Of a stretch of 64,000 bases of DNA, positions 57,619-64,000 are shown in pieces. The stretch is from Patescibacteria group bacterium (GTDB taxonomy: Bacteria; Patescibacteriota; WWE3; UBA101185; UBA10185), in the NCBI GenBank assembly GCA_016926555.1, contig JAFGOI010000004.1, positions 168,996 through 232,995 on the forward strand, read 5' to 3'. Within the stretch, counting starts at the first letter, position 1; every line of letters begins with the position of its first letter. The notes beneath the pieces were generated by a model. The model worked only from the letters and a program-made list of their open reading frames with translations. It was not told the origin of the DNA and did no database searches. Made by a program: the position numbers and the translations under genes.

Positions 57619-57724
57619 ATTTAGTACCTCCTTATAATGAAATTCATACATTATGAATATATACCCATATCGTAATTTTGTCAAGATGCGGTTATTACTA
57701 ACACAAATAGAGACTAAAGTGTAT

Positions 57725-58801
57725 TTACTGCCTGAGAGAATTAATTACAGTATTGTAGGTATGTACATTGTGTATGCTCGCCAAACGGTATGCAGTAGTT
57801 TCATTGATTTTAAATAAATGATGCAAGTATGCTTTGGTATATTTTTTACATGTGGTGCAATTGCAGGATTTTGATATCGGGTTTTTATCTTTTTTATACT
57901 TTGAGCTTCCGATGTTTATTAGTTCGTATGACTCCGGATCACATAAACTTGTTAGCGAATTTCGGGCACGTTTCAAACTATACAACCGTTTGTGTCTGGC
58001 ATCTCTAGTGGGAAGTGTACAATCAAAAATTTCCCAGCCCTGTGTAAATAGTGTAACTATCTGCCAGGGAGTTCCAATTCCCAAAGCAAATTTAAAATAA
58101 TTATCAGGAATAAGTTGTGCTGTATATTCTGATATCCCATAGTCAAAGTTGCCTTTTTTATCCATCGGATAGCCGCCATAACCGTATCCATCGAAACCGA
58201 TTTCTAAAAGTTTTTCTGCGCAGTACTTACGCAGTTTTTTGTCGGAATGTCCTTGTATAACTGCCATTAGTTTTGGTCTATCATGTTGCTTCATTTGCCG
58301 TTTTGTTATCTGTTTCTCAAATTCTATTTTTGACTTTTGAGCCCATAAAATAGTTCTTTCCACAGAGTTTTTTAGTTCTTTTTTGTCAGCTTTCGGATTC
58401 GTAAAATCATCTAGACATACTATAATATCGGAACCTATTTCAAATTGGATTTTAATTGATTCTTCCGGTGTGAATAGTTTCTTTTTTTGGCCATTTTCTT
58501 GAAAATAAACACCTTCATCCGTAATTTTTCCGGATCTTTTATGTCTATAAATTAACGAAAAAATCTGCCATCCCCCCGAATCCGAAACAACCAGACCTTT
58601 ATAGTTCATAAAGCCTTTTATACCGCCAAATTTCCCTAAAACTTCCATACCGGGATTTTTCAATAGGTGGTAAGTGTTAACTACAACTCCCTCCACTTTT
58701 TTAAGATCTTCAAGGCCGAGTGATCTAATTACGCCTAAAGTCGCATCTGGTAGGTATATAGGTAGCTTGTAATTTTTTCCTTGTATGTTTATTTTGGTCA
58801 C
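57725..58801 (-). CDS. tgt: tRNA-guanine transglycosylase
   Basis: NTYHL, DSGGWQ, IQG, FDCTLPTRDAR, Zn site CNCTTC...HN. Confidence 0.92.
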   Translation of the reverse strand: MTKINIQGKNYKLPIYLPDATLGVIRSLGLEDLKKVEGVVVNTYHLLKNPGMEVLGKFGGIKGFMNYKGLVVSDSGGWQIFSLIYRHKRSGKITDEGVYFQENGQKKKLFTPEESIKIQFEIGSDIIVCLDDFTNPKADKKELKNSVERTILWAQKSKIEFEKQITKRQMKQHDRPKLMAVIQGHSDKKLRKYCAEKLLEIGFDGYGYGGYPMDKKGNFDYGISEYTAQLIPDNYFKFALGIGTPWQIVTLFTQGWEIFDCTLPTRDARHKRLYSLKRARNSLTSLCDPESYELINIGSSKYKKDKNPISKSCNCTTCKKYTKAYLHHLFKINETTAYRLASIHNVHTYNTVINSLRQ

Positions 58802-58826
58802 GAAGGGATTATATCGTATAAATTAT

Positions 58827-60557
58827 TTAAACTTTGGAAAGGATGTAGTTTCTCTTTTTTAAGAATGACAGGACTCTTTCAGCGGATTTTTCTATGCCTT
58901 CTAAGTCCGGACGAAGTTCAATTTCCGGAATCTCCGGTTTTTCGTAAGGAGCTGAGATACCGGTAAAATCTTTGATTTTACCTTCACGGGCTTTTTTGTA
59001 GTATCCCTTTTTGTCCCATTCCTCGCATATTTTTAAAGGGGTATTTACAAATACTTCAATAAAATTTGGGGTTTTCAGACGGATGCTATCCCTTTGGCTT
59101 TTATAAGGGGATATAAAAGACGCTATTACACCCACACCATTTCTGGCGAGCAACTTTGCTACAAAACCCACTCTTCTAATATTCTCGTCTCTATCCTGTT
59201 TTGTGAATCCAAGATCTTTAGTAAGACTTTCCCTAACTATATCCCCATCTAAACGTTCTATTTTTAGTTCGGCGTCTTTTAATTTGTCGTAAACAATATC
59301 GGCTATTGTACTTTTGCCCGATTGTGGAAGACCGGTAAACCACAAAACGAAACCCTCATTATTTCTGTTACTTTTATACAATTCATCAACTAAAGCATTA
59401 TCGCTATTAATGATTAGTTTGAATACTTCTGGCGCGATTAAGTACTCTTGAGGTATGTCTTTATTTTTTATAAGAGTCCTTAATGAAGTTCCACTGAATC
59501 TCACTCTATTATCTTCATGACAGTCATCAAAAAAACAATGTCTTTTATTTCGTTTATCGTAAACTACTTCGGGATATTTTAATATTTTAATGCCTATTTC
59601 TTTAGGATCGAATTGGTCAAAAATTTCATGGGCTGCAGACGGCTCGTAGAAATCACCTACACCTGCGTGGTCTCGTCCTACTATAAAATGTGTACAGCCA
59701 TAGTTTTTTCTTATAATTGCGTGAAAGACTGCTTCCCGCGGTCCTGCGTAGCGCATTTCAACCGGGAGTATCCCCAGAACCACTTTTCCTTGGGGAAGAT
59801 ATTTATCTATTAAAATCTCATAGCTTCCTATAATGTATTCGTCTTTGAAATCTTCTATTTTCTTTTCCCCAATCACTGGTTGAATAAAGAGGCCATCGGT
59901 TTGTTTTAGTGTTTCTCTTTGTAAATACTCATGTCCTTTGTGAGGTATATTTCTTGTCTGAAATGCGCCGATAGTTTTCCACCCTCTGTTTAAAAATATT
60001 TTTCGTGTTTGTTCCGGACTCATGTTGTGTTCTGGAAAGATCATTTCGTTGGTTTCCATTAGAAAGGTCTCACCTCCCAGTAAGTATTTTTTCATTTTAA
60101 GAACCTCTTCAACTCCCGGGTGTTTTTTATCCGTTGTGCCAAATACATATTTAGCTAATTCCTCTTTACTATAAGTGTAGATTTCCGGTTTTGTTAAAAC
60201 AGCCACCGGATGCTTGGTTTCTTTCGAATAGACAATCACTCTTTCGTTGTCTGAAATACGCTTTTTATCTGTTTCTGATATGTCAAGAACTATCGGGATT
60301 GTCCAAACTATTCCGTTTGCCAAACGCATGTGTTTCAAAACATTTCTATAATCCTTTTTATACAGGAATCCTGTTAAGGGAGAGTACACTCCGAGGGAAA
60401 TATTTTTTATATCTTTTATTCGCTCTGTTGATGCGTATATTTTCGGATATTTTTCAAGATTTTTGTAGTAATACTTAGATTTGTTGTAAGAAAGTACTTT
60501 ATTAATAAGTTTACCTCCGTGTGGGGTTATCATGGCATCGAAAATTATATCAGACAT
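58827..60557 (-). CDS. sat: Bifunctional sulfate adenylyltransferase / APS kinase (Sat-CysC)
   Basis: PHGG, FQTRNIPHKGH, MRYAGPREA, GRDHAG; kinase motifs WFTGLPQSGKST, LDGD, FTGISAPYE. Confidence 0.93.
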   Translation of the reverse strand: MSDIIFDAMITPHGGKLINKVLSYNKSKYYYKNLEKYPKIYASTERIKDIKNISLGVYSPLTGFLYKKDYRNVLKHMRLANGIVWTIPIVLDISETDKKRISDNERVIVYSKETKHPVAVLTKPEIYTYSKEELAKYVFGTTDKKHPGVEEVLKMKKYLLGGETFLMETNEMIFPEHNMSPEQTRKIFLNRGWKTIGAFQTRNIPHKGHEYLQRETLKQTDGLFIQPVIGEKKIEDFKDEYIIGSYEILIDKYLPQGKVVLGILPVEMRYAGPREAVFHAIIRKNYGCTHFIVGRDHAGVGDFYEPSAAHEIFDQFDPKEIGIKILKYPEVVYDKRNKRHCFFDDCHEDNRVRFSGTSLRTLIKNKDIPQEYLIAPEVFKLIINSDNALVDELYKSNRNNEGFVLWFTGLPQSGKSTIADIVYDKLKDAELKIERLDGDIVRESLTKDLGFTKQDRDENIRRVGFVAKLLARNGVGVIASFISPYKSQRDSIRLKTPNFIEVFVNTPLKICEEWDKKGYYKKAREGKIKDFTGISAPYEKPEIPEIELRPDLEGIEKSAERVLSFLKKRNYILSKV

Positions 60558-60615
60558 TCTAATATTAAAAAGTTATTTGTGTTAAAGTGTTTTAAATATA
60601 CAATACAGATAATTA

Positions 60616-61215
60616 ATGTTTTCTAATCGTTCCAACCTGAATATTAAGAATAAGCTTCTTATTCTGGGTTTTGCATTGATGTTGGTACTCGGTTTAATTG
60701 ACTCTTCCCGTGACGAGATTATTTATGAAGATGTGACAAATGAAGATGGAAATATAGCGGGAGTAAATATCGGGACAATAGAAGAAGATTTTTATGAGGG
60801 ACCTTTTGAAGTATTGTCCGTTACAGATGGGGATACGTTTAGAGTGTCTTATTATGGTGAGAACACGCCCGTTAGGTTAATCGGTATAGATGCTCCCGAA
60901 TCTGGCAACTCAAAAGAAAAGTCGGAGTGTTTTAGTAAGGAATCAACAGAGATATTAACCGATTTATTGTTAGGGGAGTATATTCTGCTGGAAAAAGATC
61001 CACAAACGAATGATAGAGATGGTTACAACAGACTTTTAAGATATGCGATAATTGATAATAAGGATGATGTTGGTTTATTAATGATTCAAAAGGGTGCCGC
61101 GTTGGAGTATGAATACACAAAGTATAAATATGCGAGTGAGTATAAAAGGGCGCAGCAAGAAGCTAAAGAATTGGAACTTGGGATGTGGAATATATCCAAG
61201 TATAAGTTAGAGTAA
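60616..61215 (+). CDS. Membrane-anchored thermonuclease (SNase) family protein
   Basis: VTDGDT, VRLIGIDAPE, DGYNRLLRY, AKELELGMW. Confidence 0.9.
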   Translation: MFSNRSNLNIKNKLLILGFALMLVLGLIDSSRDEIIYEDVTNEDGNIAGVNIGTIEEDFYEGPFEVLSVTDGDTFRVSYYGENTPVRLIGIDAPESGNSKEKSECFSKESTEILTDLLLGEYILLEKDPQTNDRDGYNRLLRYAIIDNKDDVGLLMIQKGAALEYEYTKYKYASEYKRAQQEAKELELGMWNISKYKLE

Positions 61216-61282
61216 CATCCTAATTATGCTGACGAAAATTGTCTTGATTTGGTAACCTATTTAATAGAGAATTAATAGATAT

Positions 61283-62161
61283 ATGAACCCTGAAAAAGAC
61301 TTTTCTGGATCAATTGGATTTACGAGGGAAGGTGCCCGGAGCAGACAGCAGATGGAAGAGAGGCTTGACATTGTGGCTGCTGTTGCAGAATTTTCTAGAA
61401 CTACGTATGAGAGGTTATCTACAATGGATGGGGTTCAAAGTGAATTGGGTGAAAAAAGAGGGACTATCTTTAATGAAAGAGGGGGATTAAGACTCGACGA
61501 AGAAGCAAATACCGAGAGGATACAGTCAGTGTTGGATGTATTCGACATCGTGGATATGTTGATTGCGGATGCAGAAGAAATGCCAGAAGGATCAAGACAA
61601 GCATTTGTTAAACAGGTTAAGATGGTGTTTAGGACACTAGTTGATGATGAAGAAAGTGTTGAAACTCTCTTTTCAACGGAAGATGAGGTGAGATTACTTG
61701 GCAGAAAAATAGTTGCCGAAGATATTGACCCTCTACATGGAAAGGAAGTGTTATCTGATGCGTCTTCTCGGGGCGAAGATATTGCTATTGATTTTAGCAG
61801 AACAGACGCGTTTTCTAAAGTGTGTAGAAGTCTTTTTGATATCAGAGCTGAGGGGCTTTATAACGCTTTACTCGAAAGTGGGGGAACTGCAGAGGTTCAC
61901 GAGAGGGTAGATCTTACGGTAATGAGACAGCATTTTGATACGCTTATCGCAACTGAAGTACTATTCCGAGAAATTAGTAAGCGTGCACAATATGAAGCGC
62001 GGAGAGACTTGGAGTTTAGAAGACAGGCAGAAACAGGGGAGGTTACTTACGTTCACCCTTATCATGCTTATGCCGATCAGATTGTGCTGGAACGGTATTA
62101 TGCAGGTGGCGGTACTTCGGATGTTAGACAGGTAAGTGATGTCAGTAGATATGCTCGCTAG
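61283..62161 (+). CDS. Hypothetical acidic helical protein
   Basis: 292-aa ORF; no motif recognised. Confidence 0.7.
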   Translation: MNPEKDFSGSIGFTREGARSRQQMEERLDIVAAVAEFSRTTYERLSTMDGVQSELGEKRGTIFNERGGLRLDEEANTERIQSVLDVFDIVDMLIADAEEMPEGSRQAFVKQVKMVFRTLVDDEESVETLFSTEDEVRLLGRKIVAEDIDPLHGKEVLSDASSRGEDIAIDFSRTDAFSKVCRSLFDIRAEGLYNALLESGGTAEVHERVDLTVMRQHFDTLIATEVLFREISKRAQYEARRDLEFRRQAETGEVTYVHPYHAYADQIVLERYYAGGGTSDVRQVSDVSRYAR

Positions 62162-62241
62162 TTGAGTATAGGTGTAGTTTCCTACAAGAATTTTCAATTT
62201 AATATTATTGTTTGCCCTAAATGCTATGATAGACTTTATAT

Positions 62242-62940
62242 ATGTCAGGAACAAAGCCAATGCAACCAGAGGGATTTATTCCGCCTTGGGAATTACATGG
62301 GTCGAAAGAAGAAGGAGAGGCTAGGTATCCTGAAGGTGAAGTTCCGGATATAGTTAGGGAAATAAGGAAGCAGGAGAAGTATCTTGAAGGGTTACATATA
62401 TCTTCCAGTTTACGCGAGTTATTAGATGATAAATCTGGGAAAAAAGGGTATGAATTACATCCTGTAGAATCCGGTGCTGTGGAAATATGGAAAAGTGGGT
62501 ATCGCAGGACGGAAATAATAGACGGGAAATATGTGTTACGTTGCGTTGAAGTAGATCCGCCCTCGACAATTGGAGTGGAATATGATTCGAATTCATTTAC
62601 AATTATGGTGAAAGAAAATGGCGTAGGTTCCGTGGCCCGTGATTTTGGGGTGGATAAGATTAGACCAACAACAAAATTAGGTAAATTGATTGCGGTATCG
62701 GAACAGACCGGGGTGCCATACACGCAAGCTACCAGAATGGCTATGTCGGTTTATAGAAGAACTGTATTATATCGAGATGGAAAAGTATCGGGAGAAATAG
62801 AAGTTAAAATTGAGGATTCCTACGCGCAAAGTGTTCGTGGGGAGCATATGGAAGGCGTAATGGACCATACAACGATAAAAGCGGGTCCAACCGGGGAAGA
62901 TGTGTCTGTAGTGACTACGCAAGAATTTTTGCCGTGGTAA
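62242..62940 (+). CDS. Hypothetical protein
   Basis: 232-aa ORF with TG-A-TAGACT 6 nt before the ATG; no motif recognised. Confidence 0.7.
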   Translation: MSGTKPMQPEGFIPPWELHGSKEEGEARYPEGEVPDIVREIRKQEKYLEGLHISSSLRELLDDKSGKKGYELHPVESGAVEIWKSGYRRTEIIDGKYVLRCVEVDPPSTIGVEYDSNSFTIMVKENGVGSVARDFGVDKIRPTTKLGKLIAVSEQTGVPYTQATRMAMSVYRRTVLYRDGKVSGEIEVKIEDSYAQSVRGEHMEGVMDHTTIKAGPTGEDVSVVTTQEFLPW

Positions 62941-62959
62941 TTATTTTTAAGGAGGAACG

Positions 62960-63175
62960 ATGTTTGAAATCGAGTGGGAGAGCTCCCGCTATAGAATCTC
63001 CGGGAAAAACAGCAACGTTTTTTTACCTGATCGAAACGTTCGGCTGTTAGTTGTATTTTCCGGAGATAATGTGTCTCGAGTGATGGAGATTTCTCTACAC
63101 ACGGTACTTGGGATGCAGGGGGCCGAGAAAGCGAAAAGGGTTCGAAAGAGAAAAAGTAGAAAGGGGAAGCAGTAA
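62960..63175 (+). CDS. Small hypothetical protein with basic tail
   Basis: SD AAGGAGG 4 nt before the ATG; tail KAKRVRKRKSRKGKQ. Confidence 0.6.
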   Translation: MFEIEWESSRYRISGKNSNVFLPDRNVRLLVVFSGDNVSRVMEISLHTVLGMQGAEKAKRVRKRKSRKGKQ

Positions 63176-63250
63176 AAGATAAAAAATAAAATAAAATAGA
63201 GACCCTGCCGAGTCTCACGTAAATACCAAGTTTCTATTCTCTTATACCTC

Positions 63251-64000
63251 TTAGCTACTTTCTTCGGGGTAATAATTTTTGGATAGCATTTCCCAGTTTT
63301 GAGCGATTCTAACGGTACGTGCCATGTTTTCAACAAATAATCTAGTGGTGATTTCTAGTCTTTTTTCTGCTTGTGCATATTCATCTGAATCAGGTAATGA
63401 AGTCGCGATATCATATCTTAGTGTGGCGACTTCTTTAAGAAGCATACTTCCCATACCTATTCTTGCAAATGCTGGGTGTCCTTTGTCGGCGTGAATTGTC
63501 TCCACGGCGCCTGTTTCTTCATTGATTCTGCCAACGGTTTTTTCTGCAAAATAGTTGCCAAGTTGTATCGGGTAATTTCCGTGTGTGATATTTCCCTCTG
63601 TATCAACGTCCACACCCATGCGAGCCAAAAACCTTAATTGTGTAATTTCGTTTGGTGAGAAATCTTTTCCGTCAGGATGTTTTAAGTGGAAAGATAATAT
63701 TGAGCTTTGTAGTAATCCTGTATCTTCCCCGGTTTTTTGTAGATCAACCATTCCATAGTTTCGGAGGGTTCCTTCTGAATAATTTAACCCATTCAATTCC
63801 AGATATTTCTCTACGGATTCCGTGAGATATTTTGCCGCGTCGGAATATATTTCTCTGTTTTTGGGATCCATGATTTCTCTGTATGTACTGATTGCTCCTC
63901 CCAATCTTGTTTGTAACGCTACCTTCTCTGACAATTCAGCCCCTATAGGCGTGCCCTCCGCTTCGTCCTCCACGAATGTTACGGGTATTCCTTTATCAAG
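63251..64000 (-). CDS. Hypothetical protein, 5' end beyond the window
   Basis: The frame stays open from 63973 to 64000 (LDKGIPVTFVEDE...). Confidence 0.65.
   Translation of the reverse strand, partial: LDKGIPVTFVEDEAEGTPIGAELSEKVALQTRLGGAISTYREIMDPKNREIYSDAAKYLTESVEKYLELNGLNYSEGTLRNYGMVDLQKTGEDTGLLQSSILSFHLKHPDGKDFSPNEITQLRFLARMGVDVDTEGNITHGNYPIQLGNYFAEKTVGRINEETGAVETIHADKGHPAFARIGMGSMLLKEVATLRYDIATSLPDSDEYAQAEKRLEITTRLFVENMARTVRIAQNWEMLSKNYYPEESS

Noticed and set aside
57725-60557. tgt plus sat-cysC as a DNA-modification (dpd/dnd) system
   Set aside because: The TGT looks like the full tRNA-type enzyme, each gene appears separately initiated, and no dpdB-K or dnd genes are present.

Overview
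This is a 64 kb gene-dense, AT-rich chromosomal segment using genetic code 11. It is most consistent with a CPR/Patescibacteria genome (Microgenomates/WWE3-like); this is inferred from gene content, pervasive leaderless promoters and orphan proteins. Left to right it holds: the 5' end of a divergent lexA with phased direct-repeat operators; uvrB, a class A PBP, uvrA and uvrC; a reduced dcw cluster (secG, murA-like, mraY, ftsW, murG, ftsQ, ftsA, ftsZ); B12-dependent nrdJ with a PduO-type adenosyltransferase; ileS, rplU/rpmA and lepB; a surface-glycan locus (GH18, clan-A GH, Wzx, O-antigen ligase, galU); polX, lemA/htpX, gatCAB, a Klenow-like polA, CIRCE-preceded clpC and rplS; tmk, tgt and a sat-cysC fusion; five tRNAs and many orphans. 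The most notable observations are: (1) MurA and MraY both carry substitutions at normally essential catalytic residues, while FtsW and the class A PBP look intact; (2) a pilin-like protein carries nine tandem cystine-knot-like modules; (3) uvrB has a structured in-frame insertion; (4) one of two tandem HExxH paralogs has a single in-frame TGA; (5) a HEPN-motif gene is embedded in gatCAB. No CRISPR array, rRNA, transposase or integrase was seen. All family calls come from manual motif recognition, not database searches.
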